From NCBI GenBank assembly GCA_009698615.1, contig WLPU01000005.1, forward strand, positions 16,051 through 80,050: a stretch of 64,000 nucleotides of DNA, read 5' to 3'. This document shows positions 45,916 through 56,775 of the stretch, one piece after another (position 1 is the stretch's first letter; each line of letters begins with the position of its first letter). This DNA is from Actinomycetota bacterium. GTDB taxonomy: Bacteria > Actinomycetota > Actinomycetes > Nanopelagicales > Nanopelagicaceae. A program made the position numbers and the translations under genes. The notes beneath the pieces were generated by a model. The model did no database searches and had not been told where the DNA came from. It worked only from the letters and a program-made list of their open reading frames with translations.

Positions 45916-46755
45916 ATGAGCGCGGTAATCCTAGATGGCAAAGCTTTAGCTACGAGGATTAAGTCCGAATTAGCAACCGAAGTCCTTGGATTGAAATCTC
46001 GCGGAATTACTCCCGGATTAGGAACAGTTTTAGTTGGCAATGACCCGGGCTCGCAGTCCTATGTCACTGGAAAACATCGTGATTGCCAGGATGTAGGAAT
46101 TACATCTATTCGTGTAGACCTACCCGACAGCGCAAAAGAAGTTGATGTTTTGTCTGCTATAAAAGATTTAAATTCTGCTAAGGAATGCACTGGTTATATT
46201 GTGCAGCTGCCACTTCCTCGCGGAATCAACTCTCAGAAAATACTTGAAGCAATCGATCCTGCCAAAGATGCGGACGGCTTACATCCGCTTAACCTTGGAC
46301 GCTTAGTCAGCGGTGATCCTGCGCCACTTCCTTGCACTCCACGCGGAATCGTCGAGTTGTTGCGCCACTACAACGTGAATATCGATGGAGCCGACGTCAC
46401 AATAATTGGACGAGGCCTAACCGTAGGTAGGCCTCTTGGACTATTGCTTACACGCAAGAGCGAAAACGCAACAGTGACTTTGACTCATACCGGTACAAAG
46501 GATTTAGTTCGCCATACGAAAAACGCCGACATTATTGTGGCCGCTATCGGGCGTGCACATTTCTTAACTGGCGCAATGATTAAATCTGGGTCAGCGATCA
46601 TCGATGTAGGTATCTCCCGCACCGATACTGGCCTACTGGGAGATGTGCACCCTGATGTCATGGACGTTGCCGCATTTGTTGCACCAATGCCAGGTGGCGT
46701 AGGGCCAATGACCCGCGCGATGCTCTTGAAGAATGTGGTTGAAGCATGTCGTTGA
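45916..46755 (+). CDS. folD: Methylenetetrahydrofolate dehydrogenase/cyclohydrolase
   Basis: [23 protein letters not shown] motifs. Confidence 0.95.
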   Translation: MSAVILDGKALATRIKSELATEVLGLKSRGITPGLGTVLVGNDPGSQSYVTGKHRDCQDVGITSIRVDLPDSAKEVDVLSAIKDLNSAKECTGYIVQLPLPRGINSQKILEAIDPAKDADGLHPLNLGRLVSGDPAPLPCTPRGIVELLRHYNVNIDGADVTIIGRGLTVGRPLGLLLTRKSENATVTLTHTGTKDLVRHTKNADIIVAAIGRAHFLTGAMIKSGSAIIDVGISRTDTGLLGDVHPDVMDVAAFVAPMPGGVGPMTRAMLLKNVVEACR

Positions 46756-46973
46756 AGTTACGTTCATGGCTGACCATGAGTTACGGATTTGTCCTTCTGG
46801 GGATACTTCTCGGGGCATTTGGAATCGTTCGAGTTGGTTCTGTGCTGATTGCCCTTGGGACCGCAGGGGTGGCAATTTCTAGAAAAAGTACACGAATGTT
46901 GGAGCGCTACCTCCCATTAGCCATATCTGCCGGGCTTTTAGTGCTGGCAATAGCACTTCCTCACGGGCGGTAG
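46746..46973 (+). CDS. Small membrane protein (DUF3017-like by position after folD)
   Basis: 75 aa with two or three hydrophobic helices. 10-nt overlap with folD. Confidence 0.5.
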   Translation: MSLKLRSWLTMSYGFVLLGILLGAFGIVRVGSVLIALGTAGVAISRKSTRMLERYLPLAISAGLLVLAIALPHGR

Positions 46974-47024
46974 AGTTATCTTGATGTCAAGACAGTTTCC
47001 AGAAGCGAATAGAAGGCGATAAAA

Positions 47025-47975
47025 ATGGCAAAAAAAGTGAGCGTCGTCGGAGCTGGTTTCTACGGTTCAACCACTGCAATGCGTTTAGCCGAGTACAACA
47101 TTTTCGACACAGTTGTCCTCACTGACATTGTTGAAGGCAAGCCAGAGGGTCTAGCTCTTGATATGAATCAATCTCGATCCATTGAAGGATTTGAAACAAA
47201 AATTGTTGGTGCCACAACAACTGCTGAGGGTGGCGGCTATGAAGCAACCGCTCACTCAGATGTTGTCGTCATCACCGCAGGGTTGCCACGCAAGCCAGGC
47301 ATGAGTCGGATGGATCTCATTGGTGTCAACGCAGGAATTGTTCGTGGCGTAGCAGAAAATATTGCAAAGCACAGTCCTAATGCCGTCATCATTGTTGTAT
47401 CAAATCCGCTCGATGAAATGACAGCACTTGCTCAACTAGCTACGGGCTTTCCGCGCAACCGCGTGATGGGTCAAGCAGGGATGCTAGACACAGCGCGTTT
47501 TACAAACTTTGTCGCCGAAAAACTAAACGTTCCTGTGGGTGCAGTAAAAACTCTCACCTTGGGATCACATGGTGACACTATGGTTCCGGTACCAAGCCGA
47601 TGCACCGTAAACGGCGTTGCCTTAACGGACAAACTCTCGGCAACTGAGATAGAAGATTTAGTGACGCGCACTCGAAATGGTGGTGCAGAAGTAGTAGCAC
47701 TTTTGAAAACTGGATCAGCGTATTACGCACCATCGGCCGCGGCCGCGCGTATGGCGAAGGCCGTCATTGAAGATTCCGGTGAAATCATGCCAGTGTGCGC
47801 TTGGGTAGATGGCGAATTCGGAATTTCAGGTGTGTATCTCGGCGTCGAAGCACAAATTGGGTGCACTGGTATTAAGAAAGTGGTTGAGACTCAGCTATTA
47901 GCCAATGAATTAGCAGATCTTAAAATTGCCGCAGAAGCAGTCCGTGCCAAGCAAGCAGACGTACAAGTTCTCTAA
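47025..47975 (+). CDS. mdh: Malate dehydrogenase (LDH-like type)
   Basis: VSVVGAGFYG, GLPRKPGMSRMDL, LGSHGDTMVP. Confidence 0.93.
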   Translation: MAKKVSVVGAGFYGSTTAMRLAEYNIFDTVVLTDIVEGKPEGLALDMNQSRSIEGFETKIVGATTTAEGGGYEATAHSDVVVITAGLPRKPGMSRMDLIGVNAGIVRGVAENIAKHSPNAVIIVVSNPLDEMTALAQLATGFPRNRVMGQAGMLDTARFTNFVAEKLNVPVGAVKTLTLGSHGDTMVPVPSRCTVNGVALTDKLSATEIEDLVTRTRNGGAEVVALLKTGSAYYAPSAAAARMAKAVIEDSGEIMPVCAWVDGEFGISGVYLGVEAQIGCTGIKKVVETQLLANELADLKIAAEAVRAKQADVQVL

Positions 47976-47996
47976 GTCCCTAGAAGCGGAGTAGTC

Positions 47997-49211
47997 ATGA
48001 ACAAGATTAAAGTGGTTGGAACCGTTGTCGAACTCGATGGCGATGAGATGACGCGCATCATTTGGCAGTTCATCAAAGAGCAGTTGATATTGCCTTATTT
48101 GGATATCAACCTCGAGTACTACGACTTAGGGATTGAACATCGCGATGCAACTAATGATCAGGTGACTATAGATTCTGCCCACGCAATTCAAAAGCATGGT
48201 GTTGGGGTTAAATGCGCAACGATTACTCCTGATGAGGCTCGAGTAGAAGAATTTAAACTCAAGAAGATGTGGAAATCTCCCAACGGAACCATCCGCAATA
48301 TCTTGGGCGGAGTTATCTTCCGTGAGCCAATCATTATTAGTAATGTGCCACGACTCATCCCTAGCTGGACTAAGCCGATCGTGATTGGCCGTCATGCATT
48401 CGGTGACCAATATAAGGCGACCGATTTTCTAGTCCCAGGTGCCGGAACTTTGACCATGACATTTGCTCCATCTGATGGCAGCAAGCCAATGGAGTTTGAG
48501 GTTTATAAATTCGAAGGTTCTGGCGTTGCGATGGGAATGTATAACGTGGATGAGTCAATCCGAGACTTTGCTCGCGCCTCAATGAATTACGGATTACAAC
48601 GTAAATTCCCAGTATTTCTCTCCACCAAGAACACTATTTTGAAAGCCTATGACGGCCGCTTCAAAGATCTCTTCCAAGAAGTGTACGAAGCTGACTTCAA
48701 GGCAAAATTTGAAGCCGCAGGAATAACTTACGAACATCGCCTCATTGATGACATGGTCGCCACTGCACTGCGCTGGGAAGGTGGGTATGTCTGGGCATGT
48801 AAGAACTATGACGGAGATGTTCAGTCAGACACCGTTGCCCAAGGTTATGGATCACTTGGACTCATGACATCCGTGTTGATGACTCCAGATGGAAAGACCG
48901 TTGAGGCCGAAGCCGCACATGGCACAGTGACCCGACATTTCCGCGATCATCAAAAAGGTAAACCAACATCAACAAATCCGATCGCATCGATCTTCGCGTG
49001 GACACAGGGGCTTCAACATCGCGCTAAATTGGATAACACCCCTGAGTTAGCAAAGTTTGCAACTACGTTAGAGCGAGTGTGTATCCAAAGCGTTGAATCT
49101 GGAAAAATGACAAAGGATTTAGCCCTATTGATTAGCAAAGAGAGCCCTTGGCAAACCACTCAAGAGTTCTTGGCTTCCATTGATGAGAACTTGCAAAAGG
49201 CTATGGCATAA
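47997..49211 (+). CDS. icd: NADP-isocitrate dehydrogenase (eukaryote-like homodimeric type)
   Basis: [30 protein letters not shown], 404 aa. Confidence 0.93.
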   Translation: MNKIKVVGTVVELDGDEMTRIIWQFIKEQLILPYLDINLEYYDLGIEHRDATNDQVTIDSAHAIQKHGVGVKCATITPDEARVEEFKLKKMWKSPNGTIRNILGGVIFREPIIISNVPRLIPSWTKPIVIGRHAFGDQYKATDFLVPGAGTLTMTFAPSDGSKPMEFEVYKFEGSGVAMGMYNVDESIRDFARASMNYGLQRKFPVFLSTKNTILKAYDGRFKDLFQEVYEADFKAKFEAAGITYEHRLIDDMVATALRWEGGYVWACKNYDGDVQSDTVAQGYGSLGLMTSVLMTPDGKTVEAEAAHGTVTRHFRDHQKGKPTSTNPIASIFAWTQGLQHRAKLDNTPELAKFATTLERVCIQSVESGKMTKDLALLISKESPWQTTQEFLASIDENLQKAMA

Positions 49212-49252
49212 GGGTTAGAGCTCACCGCTGTATTCGCAAACTTCAGCCCAAT

Positions 49253-49290
49253 AAGAAACGCCCCGAGTCAGATGACCCGAGGCGTTTCTT
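49253..49290. terminator. Shared (bidirectional) hairpin between convergent icd and msiK
   Basis: AAGAAACGCC...GGCGTTTCTT is a 10-bp perfect stem with partial extension. A/T-rich runs flank it on both sides. Confidence 0.65.
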
Positions 49291-49303
49291 ATGAAGAGAG
49301 TTA

Positions 49304-50386
49304 TTACTTAATGCGCTCACCTGTTGTTGAGTTGAAGAGATGGATTGCTGCAGGATTGGCTGCAACCGACACGGTTGCTCCTGGCTTAGGTGGGTGCATT
49401 GGATCCCAACGAAGGATGATTTGAGCACCTTCGTCGCCAGCGTTAGCAAACTTCACAGAAGAATCTGCAGGCTTGCCGTAAACAAATGCATCGGCACCTA
49501 GTTCTTCGACAACTTCTACGATGACATCGAAGCCACCTGTAGTTGGTGAGAAGCTCTCTGGACGAACTCCAACGGTGACTGTCGCACCTGCACTTGCAGG
49601 AACTGGAATCGACAGTGCACCAAGCTTGGCTTGTCCACCTGAAACTGGAGCGTTGAGCAAGTTCATGGCAGGTGAGCCAATGAATCCCGCAACGAATGCA
49701 TTTGCCGGGTGATCATAAAGATTGCGTGGCGTGTCTACTTGTTGCAATAGACCATCTTTAAGGACCGCAACGCGATCACCCATAGTCATCGCTTCAACCT
49801 GATCGTGTGTTACATAAACAGTGGTGATACCAAGGCGACGCTGAAGCGCAGCAATTTGTGTACGTGTAGCAACACGCAACTTGGCATCCAAGTTTGATAG
49901 TGGCTCATCCATAAGGAATACCTGTGGCTCGCGAACAATTGCGCGACCCATAGCAACGCGCTGGCGTTGTCCACCAGAGAGCGCCTTTGGCTTGCGATCA
50001 AGGTATGGCTCAAGATCGAGCAACTTTGCCGCTTCTAATACTCGGCGTTGACGTTCCTCTTTTGCGGTGCCAGCAATTTTAAGAGCAAAGCCCATATTTT
50101 CGGCAACAGTCATGTGCGGATAAAGAGCATAGGACTGGAAAACCATCGCAATGTCGCGATCTTTCGGAGCAATGTTTGTTACATCGCGATCACCGATCAG
50201 GATGCGCCCGTTATCGATTTCTTCAAGGCCTGCCAACATGCGAAGCGATGTTGACTTTCCGCAACCCGATGGTCCAACAAGAACTAAGAACTCGCCATCA
50301 TTAACAGTGAGATTTAATTTGTCGACTGCGGGGGCTGTGGTGCCTGCGTAGATACGTGTTGCGTTTTCGAAGACAACTGATGCCAT
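49304..50386 (-). CDS. msiK: Orphan sugar-ABC ATPase (MsiK/UgpC/MalK type)
   Basis: MASVVFENATRIY, GPSGCGKST, LSGGQRQRVAMGRAI, FLMDEPLSNLD, and a C-terminal TOBE-like domain. No adjacent permease or binding-protein gene. ATG 50386 has SD AAGGAG. Confidence 0.88.
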   Translation of the reverse strand: MASVVFENATRIYAGTTAPAVDKLNLTVNDGEFLVLVGPSGCGKSTSLRMLAGLEEIDNGRILIGDRDVTNIAPKDRDIAMVFQSYALYPHMTVAENMGFALKIAGTAKEERQRRVLEAAKLLDLEPYLDRKPKALSGGQRQRVAMGRAIVREPQVFLMDEPLSNLDAKLRVATRTQIAALQRRLGITTVYVTHDQVEAMTMGDRVAVLKDGLLQQVDTPRNLYDHPANAFVAGFIGSPAMNLLNAPVSGGQAKLGALSIPVPASAGATVTVGVRPESFSPTTGGFDVIVEVVEELGADAFVYGKPADSSVKFANAGDEGAQIILRWDPMHPPKPGATVSVAANPAAIHLFNSTTGERIK

Positions 50387-50475
50387 GTGAAACAACTCCT
50401 TCTCCGGGCAGGTACGTGCCCGACGATCCGTTGGATGAAGGTCACTTGGGGGTGCCCAAGTGATGTGGCCGAAGG
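50387..50475 (-). promoter_or_regulatory. Structured 5' leader of msiK (candidate msiK RNA motif)
   Basis: The minus-strand leader contains hairpins CACUUGGG-CACC-CCCAAGUG and CGGGCA-CGUACC-UGCCCG. Two CCUUC tracts could pair with the GAAGG of the SD. Confidence 0.35.
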
Positions 50476-50557
50476 CTAACCGATAATTCCGCTATTTGGA
50501 AAGGGGGCAAGGCCCCGGCCGAGCGCTCACACGGGGCCGCCCGATACTCTTGGCTCT

Positions 50558-51865
50558 ATGAACCCCGACCCGACCGGCCGCTCCACCCAGGCACTGTTGT
50601 TGGACATTGGGCTTGTGGCTGGTCTGATCGCCTTGGCCGCCCTCTTTGTGGCTGCGGAAATTGCCTTGATTTCTCTCCGGGAAAGCCAAGTGCGCCAAAT
50701 GGCCACACGCGGTCGCCGTGGTGCTCGCGTCGCTGCGCTATCAACCAACCCCAATCGCTTCTTGGCTGCAGCTCAAGTAGGCGTCACAGTGTGTGGATTC
50801 TTATCTGCAGCCCTAGGGGCAGAACGAATTGGAAAGTACGTGGAGCCGTGGCTACAAGATCTTGGGCTCACGCGAAGTTGGAGCAATAACCTTTCACTGA
50901 TCGGCCTCACATTGGTCATCGCCTATTTTTCACTTGTCTTTGGCGAATTAGTGCCGAAGAGATTGGCTCTTTTTCGCACTGAGCAAATCGCACTTGCGGC
51001 AGCGCCAATTATTGATTTCCTAGCAATAATATTTCGTCCTGTAATTTGGGCGCTATCTCATTCAACCGATTTAGTTGTGCGCATTTTCGGTGTTGATCCA
51101 AAAGAGCAACGTTCTCAAATGTCAGAAGAAGAACTCCTTGATTTAGTCACTGGCCATGCGGCTCTCACTGACGAAGAACGTGACATCGTGGAAGAAGTAT
51201 TTAATGCAAGCGAGCGTCAGGTGCATGAAGTCATGGTGCCTCGCACCGAGGTGGACTTCATGGACGGTTCGCTTTCGATCGGAAAGGCAATCGCGCTCGC
51301 AGTGGATCGCGCACATTCTCGCTACCCTGTTGTACGAGGCTCCAGCGATGAAGTAATTGGCTTTATTCATGTGCGGGATCTGTTAGACAAGTCCTTAGCG
51401 GGTAACGACGGAAAAGTTCAAGAGTTAGTTCGCTCCATCATGTTCCTACCGGGGACGAAGGGAGTATTACCTGCGCTTACTCAAATGCGAAATCAACGCC
51501 AGCACCTTGCGATCGTCTTAGACGAATACGGTGGCACCGACGGAATTGTCACAATGGAAGATCTCGTCGAGTGCCTCATTGGCGATATTCGTGATGAATA
51601 TGATTCACACGAATCCGAAGTTTCTCCAAAGTCCCTGACTGGAGATTTTGAAATCGAAGGGCTTGTATCTATCGAAGATTTGCGCGATGAAACTGGTATT
51701 GAATTACCAGATGGGCCTTATGAAACCGCTGGTGGCTTCGTTATGCATTTCCTAGGGCGAATTCCTCATATCAACGACGTTGTTAGCGTCAATGGAGCCC
51801 GAATCACTGTCCTAACGATGGAAGGCAAGAGGGCAGGTCGTTTATCGATCTCTCGCCTTGCCTAA
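50558..51865 (+). CDS. CNNM/HlyC-CorC family transporter (DUF21, CBS pair, CorC_HlyC)
   Basis: AAEIALISL and GELVPKR in the membrane DUF21 region, a CBS pair (VMVPRTEV..., YPVVRGS...), and a C-terminal CorC domain. Start is uncertain. Confidence 0.85.
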   Translation: MNPDPTGRSTQALLLDIGLVAGLIALAALFVAAEIALISLRESQVRQMATRGRRGARVAALSTNPNRFLAAAQVGVTVCGFLSAALGAERIGKYVEPWLQDLGLTRSWSNNLSLIGLTLVIAYFSLVFGELVPKRLALFRTEQIALAAAPIIDFLAIIFRPVIWALSHSTDLVVRIFGVDPKEQRSQMSEEELLDLVTGHAALTDEERDIVEEVFNASERQVHEVMVPRTEVDFMDGSLSIGKAIALAVDRAHSRYPVVRGSSDEVIGFIHVRDLLDKSLAGNDGKVQELVRSIMFLPGTKGVLPALTQMRNQRQHLAIVLDEYGGTDGIVTMEDLVECLIGDIRDEYDSHESEVSPKSLTGDFEIEGLVSIEDLRDETGIELPDGPYETAGGFVMHFLGRIPHINDVVSVNGARITVLTMEGKRAGRLSISRLA

Positions 51866-51885
51866 AGCATGCGAGAATTAACTCC

Positions 51886-52884
51886 ATGACGCGCAAGAGA
51901 GTCCTATCTGGCATTCAGCCAACACACGACTCATTCCATCTGGGCAACTATTTAGGTGCAGTTAAACAATGGGTCGAACTTCAACAAGACCATGACGCTT
52001 TTTATTGTGTTGTTGATCTGCACGCTCTCACGATAGAAACAGATCCAGCACTGTTGCGAAAGCGTACCTTGGCATCTGCAGCTCAACTGATTGCCTTAGG
52101 CGTAGATCCACAAAAGTGCACACTCTTTTTGCAATCACATGTTCCTGCGCATAACCAGCTAGCGTGGATCATGGAGTGCCTGGCCGGATTTGGTGAAGCA
52201 AGCCGTATGACACAGTTCAAAGATAAATCTCAAAAAAGCGGGACCGATCGCACCGTCGTGGGGCTCTTCACGTATCCAATGTTGCAAGCAGCAGATATTT
52301 TGCTCTATCAACCAGATTTAGTACCTGTGGGAGAAGATCAAAGACAACACATCGAACTCACTCGAGACCTTGCTGGTCGCTTCAATTCTCGGTACGGGCA
52401 AACATTTCAAATGCCAGAGGCATATATCCTTAAAAGTGGCGCAAAGATTAATGACTTGCAAGACCCTACTTCCAAGATGAGTAAATCTGCAGAGTCGATG
52501 CAAGGGGTTATCGAGATTATGGATTCTCCAGAGGCGAATGCAAAGAAGATTAAGAGTTCAATGACCGATACTGGCCGAGAAGTTCAATTTAATGAAAAAC
52601 AAAAGCCTGGTATCAGCAACTTGCTGACTATTCATTCATCGCTTTCTGGCAGTTCAATTCCTGAAATCGAAAAAGAGTTTGAAGGCAAGGGATATGGAGA
52701 CTTTAAGTCAGCAGTGGCTGAGGTGGTCGTGGAGTATTTGCGTCCCATCAGAGCTCGTGCACTCGAATTGTTGGAAGACGAGAAATCTCTCCTCAAGATT
52801 CTTCACGAAGGTGCCGATAAGGCTCGAGTAGTTGCCGAAAAAACTCTGGCAGATACTTACAAAAATCTAGGATTGGCCGAGTAA
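51886..52884 (+). CDS. trpS: Tryptophan--tRNA ligase
   Basis: SGIQPT...HLGNYLGA (HIGH-type motif) and KMSKS. Confidence 0.95.
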   Translation: MTRKRVLSGIQPTHDSFHLGNYLGAVKQWVELQQDHDAFYCVVDLHALTIETDPALLRKRTLASAAQLIALGVDPQKCTLFLQSHVPAHNQLAWIMECLAGFGEASRMTQFKDKSQKSGTDRTVVGLFTYPMLQAADILLYQPDLVPVGEDQRQHIELTRDLAGRFNSRYGQTFQMPEAYILKSGAKINDLQDPTSKMSKSAESMQGVIEIMDSPEANAKKIKSSMTDTGREVQFNEKQKPGISNLLTIHSSLSGSSIPEIEKEFEGKGYGDFKSAVAEVVVEYLRPIRARALELLEDEKSLLKILHEGADKARVVAEKTLADTYKNLGLAE

Positions 52885-52957
52885 AAGCAGATAGAAATCT
52901 CTACTACCCTTGGTGGAGATGAGAAGGACTTTCATTGAGATTGGTGAGGAGGCCAAA

Positions 52958-54001
52958 ATGAAGAAGTTGTTGTATTTACTGACACTATCCTCTTTTTTGC
53001 TGAGCTCAACTTTTCTTGCACCAGGGGCGCAAGCAGCCACAAAACTTAAAGTTGGCATTGCCTATGACATTGGAGGACCGGGGGATAAGTCCCTCAATGA
53101 TTCTGCGTCAGCAGGATTAACGCGATCCAAAAAGGCTTTCAGTATTTCCACGGTAGAAGTAACAGCAACTGTCGGAACCCCTGCCGAGCGCGAAACAAGG
53201 CTTCGATTTCTTTTGGCGCAAGGCTGTAACCCAATTATTGTAATTGGATATAGATATGCAGAAACATTAAAAAAGATTGCAGCTGAAAATCCAAACGTTT
53301 CTTTTGCAATAGTAAATAACGCGACTGTAGATTTACTCAATGTTGCCTCGCTTGTTTTCGGGACCAACCAAAGTGCCTACTTGGCAGGAGCTGCAGCTAG
53401 TCTTGCTTCCAAGACTGGAAAGATTGGCTATATCGGCTCAGCGAATCCTCCAGCATTTGATTCTCAAGAATCTGGTTTCGTTGCTGGAGTGAAGGCAACA
53501 AATTCAAATGCGAGCTTAAGCATCAAGTACCTTCAGGATCCTTCATCGTTTTCTGGATATAGCGACCCTACTGAGGCAAAGGCAGTTGCCATGGCCATGA
53601 TCGCCAGCGGCGTCGATGTCATTTATTCTGCAGCGGATGGATCAACGGCTGGGACACTTGCTGCAATCACGGGGAAAAAAGCGTGGATGATTGGCTCAGA
53701 TAGCGATCAGTATTTGATGGCTTCAGCATCACAAAGGAAAAACATCCTTTCCTCAACAATAAAGCGTGTAGATATCGCTGTATATGATTTTATCTCTACC
53801 TCAGTGCAGGGTTCCACAGTCAATGATGTTCTTGATTCACAAGCAGGAATTTATGGCCGTCTCTATAACTTAAAAGCAAGTGGTGTTGAGCTTGCATATT
53901 CAGGTGGCTTCTTAAACAGTTACAAATCTAAGCTCAACACAATCAAGTCTGGAATCGCTTCCGGAAAGATTGTTGTTCCGACAGATGGCTTTGTGAAGTG
54001 A
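52958..54001 (+). CDS. BMP-family (PnrA/Med-like) nucleoside ABC substrate-binding protein
   Basis: ATG 52958 follows SD GGTGAGGAGG. Signal peptide MKKLLYLLTLSSFLLSSTFLAPGAQA. Contains YDIGGPGDKSLNDSA. Followed by cdd, deoA and add. Confidence 0.85.
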   Translation: MKKLLYLLTLSSFLLSSTFLAPGAQAATKLKVGIAYDIGGPGDKSLNDSASAGLTRSKKAFSISTVEVTATVGTPAERETRLRFLLAQGCNPIIVIGYRYAETLKKIAAENPNVSFAIVNNATVDLLNVASLVFGTNQSAYLAGAAASLASKTGKIGYIGSANPPAFDSQESGFVAGVKATNSNASLSIKYLQDPSSFSGYSDPTEAKAVAMAMIASGVDVIYSAADGSTAGTLAAITGKKAWMIGSDSDQYLMASASQRKNILSSTIKRVDIAVYDFISTSVQGSTVNDVLDSQAGIYGRLYNLKASGVELAYSGGFLNSYKSKLNTIKSGIASGKIVVPTDGFVK

Positions 54002-54399
54002 CGAAAGAAGATTGGGAAGCGCTTCGCACCCTTGCGACCTCCTCAATGAAGAACGCATATGCGCCTTATTCGAAGTTTCCCGTAGGTGCTGCTGCTCTTG
54101 TCGATAATGGTCGCATGGTCAGCGGGTGCAATGTAGAAAATGCAAGCTACGGCTTAACACTTTGTGCCGAATGTGGGCTGATTTCATCCCTTATTTCTAG
54201 CGGAGGAGGCAAGCTCGTTGCCTTCACGTGTGTAGATATATCAGGGAATTATCTGATGCCTTGCGGGAGATGCCGCCAATTGCTGCACGAACACGGCGGG
54301 GCCGAACTTCAAATCATGACAGATACGGGGATTAAGGCATTATCTGAATTACTACCGTGGGCATTTGGTCCCGAAGAAATTGAACGCCGTCTTGACTGA
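53998..54399 (+). CDS. cdd: Cytidine deaminase
   Basis: Zinc motifs CAECG and PCGRCRQ, 133 aa. Confidence 0.92.
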   Translation: MTKEDWEALRTLATSSMKNAYAPYSKFPVGAAALVDNGRMVSGCNVENASYGLTLCAECGLISSLISSGGGKLVAFTCVDISGNYLMPCGRCRQLLHEHGGAELQIMTDTGIKALSELLPWAFGPEEIERRLD

Positions 54400-55681
54400 A
54401 CTTTTCGCTGCAGTAGAGGTGATCGCAGCAAAACGAGATCGTAACGAGCTTTCCAATGAGATGATCGACTGGATTATTTCGGCATATACCCGAGGCGTAG
54501 TAGCAGATGAACAAATGTCTGCGCTCTTGATGGCAATCCTGCTCAACGGCATGAACTCCCGTGAGATCTCTCGATGGACTAATGCAATGATCAATAGCGG
54601 CGAGACAATGGATTGGTCGGCACTTGATCGCCCAACTACAGATAAACATTCGACAGGTGGGGTTGGCGATAAAATTACACTTCCACTTGCACCCCTTGTT
54701 GCCGCTTGTGGGGGAGCGGTTCCGCAATTATCTGGCAGGGGACTAGGTCACACTGGCGGTACGTTGGATAAATTGGAATCAATCCCTGGGTGGCGCGCCG
54801 AGTTAAGCAACAAGGAAATGCTGGGAGTACTTCAAAGTTGTGGTGCCGTTATTTGTGCAGCATCAGCTGGCCTTGCTCCGGCGGATAAGAAGTTGTATGC
54901 ACTTCGCGATGTGACTGCAACAGTGGAGGCAATTCCACTCATCGCCTCATCAATCATGAGCAAAAAAATTGCGGAGGGGACATCGGCATTGGTTTTGGAT
55001 GTAAAAACCGGAAACGGCGCATTTATGAGCGATCCAGCGCGTGCGGCTGAACTTGCCCGCACCATGGTCTCATTGGGTACAGATGCTGGTGTAAAAACAC
55101 TCGCACTTGTAACTGCGATGGATGTCCCGTTGGGATTAACGGTAGGAAACGCCCTTGAAGTGCGAGAGTCTGTTGAAATTTTGGCAGGCGGTGGGCCCGA
55201 TGATGTACGTGAATTAACTATTTTGCTTGCAAGAGAGATGTTAGCTGCCGCAAATATTCACAAAAAAGATCCAGCTGATGCACTCGACGATGGAAGCGCC
55301 ATGGACCATTGGCGGCAGATGATTGCGGCGCAAGGTGGCAATCTTGATGCAGCGCTACCGACAGCCAAAGAAACTCACCAAGTTCGTGCTCTATCCAGCG
55401 GAACCATGACCACAATGAATGCGCTAAAAGTGGGTACGGCTTCATGGCGCTTGGGCGCTGGGCGTTCTCGACAAGGCGAAAAAGTCCAAGCTGGTGCCGG
55501 AGTTGAGATACATGCAAAACCTGGCCAGATTGTTAAGCAAGGTGATTTACTCTTTACATTGCATACCGATGAAGGGGCTCGATTTGCACGAGCTCTCGAA
55601 TCTCTCGAAGGAGCGGTGAGCATTGTCCACAATGGAAATGTCGATCGACTTCCACTGATCATTGAACGGGTTGCACCATGA
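54365..55681 (+). CDS. deoA: Thymidine/pyrimidine-nucleoside phosphorylase
   Basis: [36 protein letters not shown]. Start is uncertain (TTG 54365, TTG 54392 or GTG 54419). Confidence 0.9.
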   Translation: MVPKKLNAVLTELFAAVEVIAAKRDRNELSNEMIDWIISAYTRGVVADEQMSALLMAILLNGMNSREISRWTNAMINSGETMDWSALDRPTTDKHSTGGVGDKITLPLAPLVAACGGAVPQLSGRGLGHTGGTLDKLESIPGWRAELSNKEMLGVLQSCGAVICAASAGLAPADKKLYALRDVTATVEAIPLIASSIMSKKIAEGTSALVLDVKTGNGAFMSDPARAAELARTMVSLGTDAGVKTLALVTAMDVPLGLTVGNALEVRESVEILAGGGPDDVRELTILLAREMLAAANIHKKDPADALDDGSAMDHWRQMIAAQGGNLDAALPTAKETHQVRALSSGTMTTMNALKVGTASWRLGAGRSRQGEKVQAGAGVEIHAKPGQIVKQGDLLFTLHTDEGARFARALESLEGAVSIVHNGNVDRLPLIIERVAP

Positions 55682-56775
55682 GCAACATGCTAAAGAAGCC
55701 AACGAGAGAACAAATCAAACGATTGCCTAAAGCAGTCCTGCATGATCACCTTGACGGCGGACTTCGCCCCCAAACGATCATTGATATTGCTAAGGAAATC
55801 GGATACGAGGCGCTTCCAACAACAGATCCAGTCCAACTTGGAAAATGGTTCGGGGACTCATGTGATTCTGGATCGTTGGTGAGATATTTAGAAACTTTTG
55901 AGCACACCATTGCCGTTATGCAACGCAAAGAAGACATAGTCAGAGTTGCACGAGATTGCGCAATAGATCTAGCACGCGATGGTGTTGTTTATGCTGAAGT
56001 CCGTGGAGCACCTGAGCTATTTACCCGCAAGGGTTTGAGTATGTCGCAAGTGGTGGAGGCAACTCTTGAGGGCTATCGCCTAGGTGAAGCCGATGCTCGT
56101 GCAGAAGGTTTTGTAATTCGGGTCACATCAATTCTGTGCGGAATGCGTCAAAATAAGTTATCACAAGATGTTGCCGAACTCGTCGTCAAGTATCGCGATC
56201 AAGGTGTTGTCGGCTTTGATATTGCTGGACCCGAAGATGGTTTTCCACCAAGTGACCAACTTGAAACTTTTGAATACTTGCGAGGTGAAAATGCACACTT
56301 CACAATTCATGCTGGGGAAGCATATGGTTTGCCATCAATCTGGGAAGCGATTCAATTATGCGGCGCTGAACGCTTAGGCCATGGCGTTCGAATTATTGAC
56401 GACATAGATTTAACTGGACCAACTCCTAAGTTAGGAAGACTCGCTTCCTATATTCGCGATCGAAGAGTGCCATTGGAAATGTGTCCAAGTTCCAATTTAC
56501 AAACAGGTGCCGCTAAGACGATTAAAGAACACCCTATCGGCAAGCTTGCTCAGTTGCGATTTCGAGTCACCGTTAACACTGATAATAGATTGATGAGCCA
56601 GACATCGATGACTCATGAGATGGAAGAACTCGTAAAGGCATTTGACTGGAATTTCTTAGATTTGCAACGGGTCACTGTTAACGCACTTAAGAGCTCATTT
56701 ATCCCATTTGAAGAGCGGCTGGCACTGATTGAAGAGGTCGTAAAGCCAGGATTTTTAGCCGTTTGCGCTGAATAA
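55678..56775 (+). CDS. add: Adenosine deaminase
   Basis: [31 protein letters not shown]. Confidence 0.92.
   Translation: MSNMLKKPTREQIKRLPKAVLHDHLDGGLRPQTIIDIAKEIGYEALPTTDPVQLGKWFGDSCDSGSLVRYLETFEHTIAVMQRKEDIVRVARDCAIDLARDGVVYAEVRGAPELFTRKGLSMSQVVEATLEGYRLGEADARAEGFVIRVTSILCGMRQNKLSQDVAELVVKYRDQGVVGFDIAGPEDGFPPSDQLETFEYLRGENAHFTIHAGEAYGLPSIWEAIQLCGAERLGHGVRIIDDIDLTGPTPKLGRLASYIRDRRVPLEMCPSSNLQTGAAKTIKEHPIGKLAQLRFRVTVNTDNRLMSQTSMTHEMEELVKAFDWNFLDLQRVTVNALKSSFIPFEERLALIEEVVKPGFLAVCAE

Noticed and set aside
50396-50557. M-box (Mg) or other known riboswitch in front of the CorC/CNNM-type transporter
   Set aside because: I could not find the conserved M-box core or any other riboswitch core I can recall on the plus strand. 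The structures fit the msiK strand at least as well. This needs a covariance-model search, not eyeballing.
50492-50754. Three stacked minus-strand ORFs (62-75 aa) that could suggest a small gene divergent from the CNNM gene
   Set aside because: They are Arg/Pro/Gly-rich translations caused by a local GC-rich patch. They mutually overlap in different frames and overlap the CNNM coding start.
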